From the NCBI RefSeq assembly GCF_004010195.1, contig NC_057720.1:19893269-19957268 (forward strand): a stretch of DNA of 64,000 bases, written 5' to 3'. The notes beneath the pieces are model-generated. The model worked only from the letters and a program-made list of their open reading frames with translations. It was not told the DNA's origin and ran no database searches. A program made the position numbers and the translations under genes. Below, one piece after another: positions 55,201-62,879 of this stretch; positions within the stretch are counted from its first letter, which is position 1; every line of letters begins with the position of its first letter. The stretch comes from Chiloscyllium plagiosum. Taxonomy: Eukaryota.

Positions 55201-58200
55201 GGGGAGTGACAGGTTAGGAGAGTGGGCAAAAAAGTGGCAGATGGAGCATAATGTGTGAAAGTGTGAGGTCATGCACCTTGGTAGAAAGGATAAAGGCATG
55301 GACTATTTTCTAAATGCGGAGAAAATTCAGAAGTCTGAAGTGCAAAGAGACTTGGGAGTTCAGTCCAGGATTCTGTCAAGGTAAATTTTTTAGATTAGAT
55401 TAGATTACAGTGTGGAAACAGGCCCTTCGGCCCAACAAGTCCACACCGACCTGCCGAAGCGAAACCCACCCATACCCCTACATTTACCCCTTACCTAGCA
55501 CTACGGGCAATTTAGTGTGGCCAATTCACCTGACCCTGCACATCTTTGTGATGTGGGAGGAAACCGGAGCACCCGGAGGAAACCGCAGACACGGGGAGAA
55601 CGTGCAAACTCCACACAGTCAGTCGCCTGAGGCGGGAATTGAACCCGGGTCTCTGGCACTGTGAGGCAGCAGTGCTAACCACTGTGCCACCGTGCCGCCC
55701 ACTAAACTTGCAGATTGAGTCAGTAGTTTGCAATGATGGTATTTATTTTGAGAGAATTTGAATATAAAAGCAGGGATGTACTTCTGAGGCTCTTTCAGGC
55801 TCTGATCAGGCCACATTTGGAGTATTGAACAGGATTGAACAGCTTCACATATGAGGAACGTTTGAGGACTCTCGGTCTGTACTTGATGGAGAGGGACTCA
55901 CCCTCACCTCCTTCCACCTATCGTATTCCCAGCGCCCCTCCCCCCTATCCTTTATCTCAGCCCGTTTGGCACACCAGCCTCATTCCTGAAGAAGGAATGC
56001 CCGAAACGTCGATTCTCCTGCTCCTCGGATGCTGCCTGGCCTGCTGTGTTTTTCCAGCACATTTTTCAACTCTGTACTTGATGGAGTTTAGAAGGATTGG
56101 GGAGGTGGGTCTAATTGAAACTTACAGAATACTGAATGGTCTGAACAGAGTGGATGTTGGGAAGATGTTTCCATTGGTAGGAGAGACTGGGACCTGAGGG
56201 CACAGTCTTAGAGTAAAGTGAAGACCCTTTACAATGGAGATAAGGAAAAACTTCTTCAGCCAGAGAGTGGTGATTCTATGGTATTCACTGCCATAGAAAG
56301 CTGTGGAGGCCAGGTCATTGAGTATATTTAAGATGGAGATAGATTGGTTCTTGATTGTAGAGGGGATCAAGAGTTATGGGGAGAAAGCGGGAGAATGGGG
56401 TTGAGAAACATATCAGCCACGATTGAATAGCAGAGCAGACTCAATTGGCTAAATGGCCTAATTTCTGCTCCTATGTTTTACAGTCTAAGGGTTGTAGTAT
56501 CGCAAAATTTATAAGATTTGTAAAGTTTATTAGTACCTTGTAAGTCATCCTTTTCATGAATTGATCCTCGAGATCCCATGGACAGGTTTTCATAAGACTA
56601 AAATTAAAAAGAAAACTCATTAATTTTACAACGGGTAAGATATTTATTCAGAAGGGGTACTTCATATTTGAACTGTGAAATTCCATATCATCAGAATCAC
56701 ATCAGCCGGGAACTTTTAAATTGTTTGTTTGCACTTAAAAGCTGCAGCTCATTAAACATGTGTTTTTTTAAAACTTCTAATAGCTATGTGACAGAAAAGA
56801 GATGAATTGTAAAATCAAATCTAATTGTTGCAAGAGAGATACACAGTATGGACATGACTTATCCTAATAAATGCTCAGGCTGGGATTGTATACTCAGTAT
56901 TCATGACATACATTTAGGCATCTTCTGAGTTTAATCTTGCTGAAAACAATTACAGAAACTGACATATACATTCCATAATAGTGCAATAAACACAGTTAAC
57001 ATTTTCAATCATGCTCCAAGTTAACTGCCTAAAGCCAGAATTGTTCTCCTTTGAGTATGTCACCCTATTGCTAGAGTACAAGGAGAAACTGATTCCAGTG
57101 GCAGGTTACCATGGACACAGGTACAAAAGTTAATTGGTTCAGAAGCCAGACATGAGAGAATGTTTGTAATGCTCAATGAAAATTGGATAGATAATTGAAG
57201 GAGAAAAATATTGCAGAACGAAAACAAAGAAGTCAGACTAACTGAGTACGTCTTTCAAATAAAGACATGCAGGATCAAGTGGCCACCTTTAACATTTTAA
57301 GCTTCTATTATTCTATGACCACGTCATAGTACTACATAGTGTAATTCTTCTGTGAACTTACACGGCTTCGTCCATTCAATGGAAGTCCCATAGATGAACC
57401 ATAGTCTATGTCTCCCATGAGGAAGTCTGAAATGCTACAAGGCAAATTGTTTGATTAAAAGATTTACATATTTAGCACCATGCTTAATACTTCTTTAAAC
57501 TGACGTGCAAATTCTTTCATTTCTTCTGAAAAACTCAATTTATGCAACTACATAATACATCTTGCTATACAGTACACCAATGCATGTGACTCAAAACTTC
57601 CACAGTACTTTATATTTTTATGTAGCACTCTTACAACATCTATATTTCTTCTGTATCTTTTCTGTATTTTTAGCTAAACTATTCAGCATTAATGCTATTT
57701 TCAAATGCATAAGGTGAAGCAAGAGTAACTACCCTTGACAGAGTGTGGCACCTAGGAGCCCGAGGAAAACTGAAATCAGGAGGGAAGCACACCACAGTCA
57801 CTGCGGCAGGAGTTCTTCAGAAATATGCTAGAGGTCCAGCCAACCTCAACTGTCTCTGAGGCATACAGATTCTTGATAAGCAAGGGATAAAAGATTATCA
57901 GGACTGATGGGAATGTGGAGTAACCTCGAGTTATAATCTTACTGAAGAGCAGAGCAGGCTCAAAGGGCTAAGTGGCTTACTCCTCCTCCTAACTCACATG
58001 CTCAACAATTACGTTCATCCTCATTAAGGTCAGAAATATGGATTTTTGTGATAGTTGCACAACCTTTAGTATCATTTATGACTCTTCAGATGCTGAGCTA
58101 GTCCATCCATATAAAATACATGACAAACTTCTGGCATGACGATCAATCATGCTGCACAAATGCTTGTTAATGGTTATGTCCAGCAAGACTCTGCTTTCCT

Positions 58201-61200
58201 TTGGATATTCAACAGCAATATAATGGGTGAATTCCCCATTGAAAACCAACGTTCTGGAATTACCACTGATCAGAAACATTAGGATTCTGAATAGGCTATT
58301 CGATCCATGTACCCTGCTCCACCATTCAAAAGCTCATTGGACTGCTGCCTCAACTCCACATTCCTGCCTACTGTGATAACCATAGATTCTTGATAAACAA
58401 ACATCAAACACTGCAAAAAATCTTTACAATCCTAAACCTAATTTCTCCAATACACAAAACATAGGAGCTAAAGTAGGCCCTTTTGCCTCATGAGTCTGCT
58501 CTGCCAATCAGATTGTGCATGGTCCCATATTCCTCAACTCTAATTTCCCACTATATCCCCATAGCCTTTGATACTCATACCATTTAAAAAATTCTTTCCA
58601 TGTCTGCTCTGAATTTACTCAACACTAAGTCTCCACAGTAACAAATTCCACAGATTCGCTACCCACAAAGCAAAATTCCTCATTTCGGTCTTAAATGGGT
58701 GACTCCTTTTTCTGAAATTATGCCCCTCTGTTTTAGACTTCCAACAAGAGAAAACCTCTGTGCATCTACTCTATCAAACCTTAATATATAATAGAGTAAT
58801 AGAGTATATCTTCACTCATTCTTCTAAACGTCAATATATACAAATTTAAACTATTCAACCTCTCCCCATAAGAAAATCCAGAATCAATGAAGTGAACCTT
58901 TTCTGGACTGCCTCTAATGCCAGCATATCTTTCTTTAAAGAAAGGGAATCAAAACTATTCACAGTATTTTAGGCTTATGACTACTGCTTTTTTACAGTTT
59001 TTGCAAGACTTATGCATTTCATATTACATGTTCTTTCAAAAAGGCCAACAGACCATTTGTCTTCTGTTACCCTGTGAACTTGGATGATAGCCTTTTATGA
59101 TTCAGGCAGAGGACCCTCAAAATCATCTGTGCTGCAGCTTTCCGTATCATTTCTGCACTTATTCAGCTCCTCTATTCTTTTTGTCCAAGTGCAGAACCTC
59201 ACATTTTCACACATTATATTTCATCAAAGTTTTTGCCAACTCACAACCTACACATATATTCCTCTGGAGTCGTTCCAACCTATTTTTGTGTCATTTGCAA
59301 ACTTCCCATTGGAAATTTGCTTGCTGAGCTGGAAGGTTTGTTTTCAGATGTTTCGTCACCATACTAGGCAACATCATCAGTGAGCCTCTGGTGAAACGCT
59401 GGTGTTATGTCCTGCTTGCTATTTATATGTTTTGGGCTCTTAAGGTGGATGATATCATTTTTGTTTTTTTTTCCTCAGAGGTTGATAAATGTGGTCCAAA
59501 TTGATTCGTTTATTGATGGAGTTCCAGTTTAAATGCCAGGCCTCTAGGAATTCCTATGTGTGCCTGTCTACGGATGGATGTGTTGTCCAGTTGAAGTGGT
59601 GTCCTTCTTCGTCTGTATGTAAGGATACTAGTGATAGTGGGTCATGACATTTGGTGGCTAGTTGGTGTTCATGTATGCTGGTGGCTAGTTTTCTGCCTGT
59701 CTGTCCAATGTAGTGTTTGTTACAGTCCTTGCATGGTATTTTGTGAATGACATTAGTTTTGCAGGCTGTTTGTATAGGGTCCTTTAGGTGCAAAACTAAT
59801 GTAATTTACAAAATACCATGCAAGGATTGGTTTATCAAGGAATTCTTAGAAATTATATCTGCAGTGACTTCCCTTGTTATCCTAGAATGCATTTCATCAG
59901 GTCCAGGGGACAGATCAGACTCTAGCCCCATTAGCTTCCCTCGCACATTTTCTTTAGTTATTTGATTTGTTTCCTCTCTCACTTTGCTCCTATATTATTT
60001 AGTATATTTTAAACGCTATTAATGTCTTTCACCATGAAGACTGATGCAAGACATTTAATTAACTCCTCTACCATTTCCTGATGCCCCATTGTTTTCCCAG
60101 CCTCATTCTCTAAATACTTGCAGAACAGAGGTACTTGAAAATAAACAAAATGTGACAAATACGCAAAATATTCACTTTGAATCTAGTTCAATATCATATC
60201 GAGGGAAGGTGAACAACTGGTAGATAAATTCTGGAAACAAAGTAGCAAAATATTAAATGAACAAATGACGCTAAAACATTACACAAACTAAGGGGGAACA
60301 ATGGCAGACTAGAGGTTACCTTTAGAAACAAATACATTTACAAAAACAGAATGCTTTTTGTTCAATAACTGGAAATTTTAAAAGTAGATTAGTGATGTTC
60401 TGACCACTTTAACTACAGCTTTAAGCTAGCAGAGGATTTGTTTCTTGAAAATTTTTAAAATTTTCAGGAATAAACAGGATATTGTAAATCAACAACCTTA
60501 ATGGGTAATTATAAATGTATATTTAAATCAAAATGAAACACAGGATATTCTTGTCAAGAAAAAAGCCTTTCCTCTTAGAAGCTCATTGGCTTTATTATTC
60601 AAGATTGCAAATTGTGCTTTACATGGAAGACAGGAAATTCAATATTTTTAAATGATCTCACACTGAAGCTCATAAGAAGTACCTAAAAGCACTATAGCCC
60701 TAGAAAGAAAGTACACAAAAATATAACTTTTAACACTGAAGCAGCAATTTCACCGGGTGCTCATTTGTCATTCCCAAGTCAAAAACCCACTTACAAATAC
60801 AATTTAAAATAATAAATATATAAATGCAGTTGCTGTAAGAATGTACTGGAAAAAAGCATCAAAGCCAGCTTTACTTCTACAGACCAGAAAGCTCCAGTTA
60901 CATTTTATAGCTGTGTTGAATTAACTCAAGATCTTAACCTCAGCAATTAGGCTACTACAACTGGCGATAAACAATACTTTAAAAAAATTAAATTGTCTTT
61001 GCATTCCTGTCTGGTAACCAATAACTAGCTGTTAAGTGCTCTCACATGCAGATGTTGGTTGTGAACAGGATGAGGCTTGGCTGCGGTAGTTGAACAGCCT
61101 GTTGAGATTCACAGAAGTTCATATTATATTTTGGGAAGTACCTGAAGGGCCGTTAATGTTGGTAGATCTAGATCGTGGCAGGAATTAGAATCAAGAGAAG

Positions 61201-61548
61201 AGAAAATTGATGATTTAAGTGAGATAAAAGAAGGCAGAACATACAACTGCCAAGCTGAGCAGTGAGATGAGAAAATTGATGAATAAGACGTTTGCAATGA
61301 ATTAATTATTTTCCAAAACACAGAGTGAGTGCTTCAGACATAATGATAAAAGCTAAATTAATGCTGTTGATAATGTTTACCCTAAAATAATCGTAATTAG
61401 ACATAAAAGCTACAGAAGGGAAATAAATCCTACATCAAAAGTTGTCTTACTTACACATTGCCAAATGTAAATGCCAAAGTGTCAATAGAAGCAAATACTT
61501 CACTAAAATGCTCTCTCTTGTCTTCATTTATTTCATTGTAGTTTGCAC
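3364..61548 (-). CDS. ARHGAP29: Rho GTPase-activating protein 29 (PARG1)-like gene, 5'-partial, 20 coding exons: join(61455-61548,57362-57434,56537-56597,46107-46244,40674-40738,37223-37333,36130-36210,35786-35974,34980-35117,34617-34807,33388-33563,30796-30921,26797-26895,21157-21320,13545-13733,10198-10335,9870-10102,7148-7454,4833-4941,3364-4244)
   Basis: Exons were spliced by hand; every junction is GT-AG and phase-compatible, giving one open frame. Motifs recognised: [24 protein letters not shown] (F-BAR), [20 protein letters not shown]1 zinc finger [15 protein letters not shown]...CHKKC, RhoGAP GIYRVNG...LKLFLRQLPEP...[17 protein letters not shown]-terminal FV. Confidence 0.9.
4833..4941 (-). 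CDS. ARHGAP29: Penultimate coding exon ([13 protein letters not shown]...CSES)
   Basis: ttttgttggcag acceptor, gtttgt donor; 109 nt, phase 0 to 1, needed to join the phase-0 donor at 7148 to the phase-1 acceptor at 4244. Confidence 0.8.
5050..7100 (+). mobile_element. Cluster of decayed CR1 LINE 3' fragments (about 5050-5630 +, 5700-5960 -, 5990-7100 +)
   Basis: RT remnants ([15 protein letters not shown]), [19 protein letters not shown] and CR1 3' tails. Confidence 0.8.
7148..7454 (-). CDS. ARHGAP29: Coding exon, end of RhoGAP ([23 protein letters not shown]...TNKE)
   Basis: acag acceptor, gtatgt donor; phase 2 to 0. Confidence 0.92.
7655..8375 (-). mobile_element. Decayed LINE 3' region, second family (also at about 16800-18400, 18880-20020, 21900-23060)
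   Basis: Recurrent motif cagtgaagga...tttccaagtcag shared between the copies. Confidence 0.65.
9870..10102 (-). CDS. ARHGAP29: Coding exon, RhoGAP ([11 protein letters not shown]...YLMNHLCR)
   Basis: atag acceptor, gtatgg donor; phase 0 to 2. Confidence 0.93.
10198..10335 (-). CDS. ARHGAP29: Coding exon, RhoGAP with arginine finger ([46 protein letters not shown])
   Basis: Translated by hand (not in the ORF track); ttcaag acceptor, gtaaac donor; 138 nt. Confidence 0.93.
10457..11430. mobile_element. CR1 LINE: minus-strand 3' end (10457-10607) abutting a plus-strand RT segment (10608-11430)
   Basis: [38 protein letters not shown], broken by frameshifts. Confidence 0.9.
11803..12107 (-). mobile_element. 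HE1 tRNA-derived SINE with aagctt target-site duplication
   Basis: A/B-box head (ggtggcacagtggttagcact...gggttcaattcc), V-domain tgtgcagagtttgcatattctcccc, CR1-like tail; aagctt at 11797-11802 and 12111-12116. Confidence 0.9.
12599..12895. mobile_element. Fold-back Penelope-like (Poseidon-type) terminal-repeat insertion
   Basis: Inverted arms at about 12601-12711 and 12744-12856; 14-bp TSD tagctttgactgtt (12585-12598 and 12896-12909); same sequence as the end of the GIY-YIG-bearing element at 59310. Confidence 0.85.
12783..12816 (+). ncRNA. Minimal type I hammerhead ribozyme motif (PLE-derived)
   Basis: tca-CTGACGA-t-GTTAC-tgagtatg-GTGAC-GAAAT-GTC-tga: core, stem II and 3-bp stem I. Confidence 0.7.
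13545..13733 (-). CDS. ARHGAP29: Coding exon, end of C1 and start of RhoGAP
   Basis: acag acceptor, gtaagc donor; [17 protein letters not shown]...[14 protein letters not shown]. Confidence 0.93.
13864..14196. mobile_element. Tc1/mariner-pogo (Tigger-like) MITE
   Basis: TA|caggta...tacctg|TA termini with imperfect TIRs containing atccgaaaagct. Confidence 0.7.
15270..16060 (+). mobile_element. Highly decayed CR1 RT fragment
   Basis: DKSP, K.GRQK.GN.RPVS and KLADNT (FADDT) remnants. Confidence 0.7.
17340..17367 (+). ncRNA. Minimal hammerhead ribozyme core
   Basis: CTGAAGA-a-GGGC-ttat-GCCC-GAAAC-GTC. Confidence 0.75.
17341..17432 (+). mobile_element. 92-bp PLE-derived mini-insertion consisting of a hammerhead core and short tail
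   Basis: Flanked by tattcctagcctcc (17327-17340) and tattcctatcctcc (17433-17446); interrupts an older LINE. Confidence 0.85.
21157..21320 (-). CDS. ARHGAP29: Coding exon, first half of C1 domain
   Basis: tgtag acceptor, gtacat donor; [29 protein letters not shown]. Confidence 0.93.
22241..22555 (+). mobile_element. HE1 SINE
   Basis: tRNA-like head, V-domain, gggccgaagggcctgtttccacactgt followed by (aatct)n tail. Confidence 0.9.
24290..24640 (-). mobile_element. Young CR1 3' end (same subfamily as 62880-63320)
   Basis: DTLEAGNMF...[18 protein letters not shown]. Confidence 0.85.
26797..26895 (-). CDS. ARHGAP29: Coding exon ([33 protein letters not shown])
   Basis: ccag acceptor, gtatgt donor; ARHGAP29-type motif. 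Confidence 0.93.
27737..28468 (+). mobile_element. Penelope-like element 3' fragment: GIY-YIG endonuclease remnant and pLTR with hammerhead
   Basis: [17 protein letters not shown]...[13 protein letters not shown]; hammerhead at 28373-28400. Confidence 0.85.
28373..28400 (+). ncRNA. Minimal hammerhead ribozyme core
   Basis: CTGATGA-a-GGGC-taat-GTCT-GAAAC-GTC (stem II kept by G-U pairs). Confidence 0.7.
30525..30690 (-). mobile_element. Decayed tRNA-derived SINE
   Basis: Reverse complement begins ggttagctcaactggctagacagctggtttgcaa... with a B-box-like gagtccaattcc. Confidence 0.5.
30796..30921 (-). CDS. ARHGAP29: Coding exon ([10 protein letters not shown]...[22 protein letters not shown])
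   Basis: ttttttttttcaacag acceptor, gtgtgt donor; phase 1 to 1; [13 protein letters not shown] motif. Confidence 0.9.
32830..33116 (+). mobile_element. Internally deleted Penelope-like 3' fragment and pLTR
   Basis: PVAEHFN remnant, C-rich tract and the same tail as the copies at 28373, 38786, 50997 and 55986. Confidence 0.85.
32992..33019 (+). ncRNA. Minimal hammerhead ribozyme core (best-preserved copy)
   Basis: tc-CTGATGA-a-GGGC-ttat-GCCC-GAAAC-GTC-ga. Confidence 0.8.
33388..33563 (-). CDS. ARHGAP29: Coding exon, Ser-rich linker ([10 protein letters not shown]...TSDIQ)
   Basis: Polypyrimidine tract with ctag acceptor, gtgttg donor; phase 2 to 1 fits the neighbours. Confidence 0.8.
34617..34807 (-). 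CDS. ARHGAP29: Coding exon (VTVNLFQMQ...[12 protein letters not shown]...SNGG)
   Basis: ttcag acceptor, gtaagt donor; phase 0 to 2. Confidence 0.92.
34980..35117 (-). CDS. ARHGAP29: Coding exon, F-BAR ([10 protein letters not shown]...QCDLTLKS)
   Basis: Within ORF 34827..35159; tgcag acceptor, gtaagc donor; 138 nt. Confidence 0.92.
35786..35974 (-). CDS. ARHGAP29: Coding exon, F-BAR ([10 protein letters not shown]...LEEDALQK)
   Basis: Within ORF 35774..36037; tcag acceptor, gtaatt donor; 189 nt. Confidence 0.92.
36130..36210 (-). CDS. ARHGAP29: Coding exon, F-BAR ([27 protein letters not shown])
   Basis: tttttgcag acceptor, gtacaa donor; 81 nt. Confidence 0.9.
36659..36872. mobile_element. 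Tc1/mariner-pogo type MITE
   Basis: TA TSD; 22-bp TIR caggtcgttctgctataatgtg versus caggttgttctggtacaatgtg (reverse complement). Confidence 0.85.
37019..37175 (-). mobile_element. CR1 3' end fragment
   Basis: [11 protein letters not shown] terminus and ggaccgaagggtctgt tail. Confidence 0.8.
37223..37333 (-). CDS. ARHGAP29: Coding exon, F-BAR (EHMPFQSVY...SNKFIQ)
   Basis: acag acceptor, gtgaga donor; 111 nt, phase 0 to 0. Confidence 0.9.
37814..38913 (+). mobile_element. Penelope-like element with an inverted 5' pLTR, GIY-YIG remnant and decayed hammerheads
   Basis: [36 protein letters not shown]; inverted copy at about 37814-38010; near-TSD tggaaacttctcaa and tggaaactccacaa. Confidence 0.85.
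39370..39935 (+). mobile_element. Decayed CR1 RT fragments and 3' tail
   Basis: [29 protein letters not shown]. Confidence 0.75.
40674..40738 (-). CDS. ARHGAP29: Coding exon, F-BAR ([22 protein letters not shown])
   Basis: ccag acceptor, gtaaat donor; phase 1 to 0. Confidence 0.9.
41580..42400 (-). mobile_element. CR1 3' region with a duplicated 3' terminus
   Basis: Tandem units of about 75 bp at 41564-41638 and 41639-41711. Confidence 0.75.
42530..43230 (-). mobile_element. Probable Penelope-like terminal repeat of a third family, with a GT-rich tract
   Basis: Resembles a shark repeat as I recall it (gcactagctttc.gag.gctgct..ttca), a decayed GAAAGCUA-type hammerhead on the minus strand. 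Confidence 0.5.
43237..44230 (+). mobile_element. Possible solo LTR
   Basis: TG start, internal AATAAA, ...ataaca or ...gtaaca ends; no clean TSD found. Confidence 0.35.
46107..46244 (-). CDS. ARHGAP29: Coding exon, start of F-BAR domain ([14 protein letters not shown]...LEKRLNL)
   Basis: Within ORF 46072..46311; ttcag acceptor, gtaagt donor; phase 1 to 1. Confidence 0.92.
46491..47138 (+). mobile_element. Solo LTR (648 bp, Gypsy-like) inserted in a CR1 3' end
   Basis: TGTCAC...ATAACA termini, 4-bp TSD acag; removing it restores the CR1 tail tacagcacagaaacagatccttcgg. Confidence 0.85.
47139..47575 (-). mobile_element. CR1 3' region
   Basis: [22 protein letters not shown]...RTRGH. Confidence 0.88.
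49225..51169 (-). mobile_element. Young 5'-truncated CR1 LINE with RT domain and one frameshift
   Basis: ORFs 50078..50881 ([33 protein letters not shown]) and 49503..50102; cacata flanks at 49222 and 51167. Confidence 0.93.
50887..51090. mobile_element. 204-bp fold-back PLE pLTR insertion
   Basis: Perfect 59-bp inverted repeat (50888-50946 and 50997-51055); perfect 15-bp TSD tattactcatgtctt. Confidence 0.92.
55391..55700 (-). mobile_element. Young HE1 SINE nested in CR1
   Basis: Intact CpG-rich head gggcggcacggtggcacagtggttagcact; (aatct)n tail. Confidence 0.93.
55892..56070 (+). mobile_element. 179-bp PLE pLTR mini-insertion with hammerhead core (55986-56010)
   Basis: Perfect 16-bp TSD tctgtacttgatggag (55876-55891 and 56071-56086); CTGAAGA...GCCC-GAAACGTC with stem II shortened. 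Confidence 0.9.
56537..56597 (-). CDS. ARHGAP29: Coding exon ([21 protein letters not shown])
   Basis: tttttaattttag acceptor, gtacta donor, phase 0 to 1, bridges the neighbouring exons. Confidence 0.85.
57362..57434 (-). CDS. ARHGAP29: Coding exon ([24 protein letters not shown])
   Basis: tgtag acceptor, gtaagt donor, phase 2 to 0; FLMGD family motif. Confidence 0.9.
59310..59830 (-). mobile_element. Penelope-like (Poseidon-type) 3' fragment: GIY-YIG endonuclease and pLTR
   Basis: ORF 59554..59793 [30 protein letters not shown]. Confidence 0.88.
59347..59380 (-). ncRNA. Minimal hammerhead ribozyme motif
   Basis: Reverse complement: tca-CTGATGA-t-GTTGC-ctagtatg-GTGAC-GAAAC-ATC-tga. Confidence 0.65.
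61455..61548 (-). CDS. ARHGAP29: Coding exon, N-terminal region ([32 protein letters not shown])
   Basis: ttcag acceptor, gtaagt donor, phase 1 to 2; not in the ORF track. Confidence 0.9.
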
Positions 61549-62879
61549 CTGAAGAGAAATGTAGTTCATTACAGCAGTACAAGGTGGATACTAGCACTCA
61601 CTCCATGAATATAAAAGGTTAAACAATCAACATTACTGTATTGAGCATACAGCATTTAAATAAAACACAAACATTTTTAGCTTTAAACCATTAAAAAATG
61701 TCATATGTTTAAGATGTCTGTAAGTAACATAATGTAATATTTAACCACTAAGTGGATCATACCAACACAGTATAACAAAATCCATGGACAAAATGCACCA
61801 AAAAGTTTCCTTCATCCAAACACAAGTAAAATGATCTACGTGGACTTCTGTCATACTGAAATTATGACTACATTCTTGTCAAGGCACCAGTTTCCTGTGT
61901 CACTGAACATACTAATGGGTGAACAGTAATGTAAATAAGCATAAAAAGTACTCTTTAATTAACTTCCTTTTGAAGGGACTATAATGCAATCTTTATAGTA
62001 CAATATTAAAGAACAAAACAATGCTGCTTTCAGATTCTACAAACTGATTCAGAAAAAAATCAATTATGGAGACTTCGATTCTCAAGAAGCTAGCTAGTTC
62101 TTCCCCTCTGCCAACCCACAAGAACAAACAAATTAAGAAATTTGGAATAAAACTCAACTATGCCACTAATTACCTGAATATCCAGCTTAATAACCATAAC
62201 CTCAAATTGCACGAGCAGTTAAACTGTTCAATGACATTTCGTTACTGTGCAATGACCTATAATAGTTATTACAGAACTATGCTGGATCATAAAATCCTAA
62301 TTTAGCACCTCACTAACAAATCTTAATGCACAAACTGCACAGAATAAGTAAACTGCGTGACTTTATCCGGTTGCAGGAAGACTTCTGTTAGAAGATTTTG
62401 CAGTTAGCACTTTGATCTCATCAAGTTTTGTTGTAAAGAAGCAAACTTCCTGCAATTTTTGTTCAGCTGTATGCAATCTAACCTAGGAAATATCTGAATA
62501 ACACATCTGAAAAAAATAGAGTTTAAATTTTGGGGAAAATGGTAATTTGTGGTTAAATATTTTTGTCACATCTTTACAGCTGCCAAACATATTTAGCAAA
62601 CAGACAAGACTTCCAGCAACTTCCTGCAAACTTTTCCACAACTTCCTGAGTAACAAAGAATCTTTAGCCAAATTCACAAACATAACCACACCCAATTTTA
62701 AATATATTTACTGTACAGAAGATTACCAGTTGTCCACTGATTAAAGGTATCACTTCTATAACATCTTTCATCATATATGCTGTTCTAAGCCAGCTTATTC
62801 TCATATTGCTTTATTCCATTTTTTCTGGTGTAAATAAAGCCTAGCATATTACCAATGGATTATAGGTAAAGTCTTTTAC

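Larger units (their letters stand above)
52620..56490 (+). mobile_element. Near-full-length decayed CR1 LINE (ORF1 esterase remnant, APE endonuclease, RT, 3' tail)
   Basis: [10 protein letters not shown] and [11 protein letters not shown] (SGNH esterase); LYLN...SIRDK, IMGDFN, SDH (APE); RT in ORFs 54429..54962 and 54956..55258. Confidence 0.92.
58265..60110 (-). mobile_element. Old CR1 fragments interrupted by a PLE
   Basis: Decayed 3' tail and RT remnants; [18 protein letters not shown] near 59860-59920. Confidence 0.7.

Noticed and set aside
61124..61321. ORF with a good donor-like site (cag/gtactt near 61140) as an extra exon
   Set aside because: No phase-compatible acceptor found; exons 61455 and 57434 already join in frame
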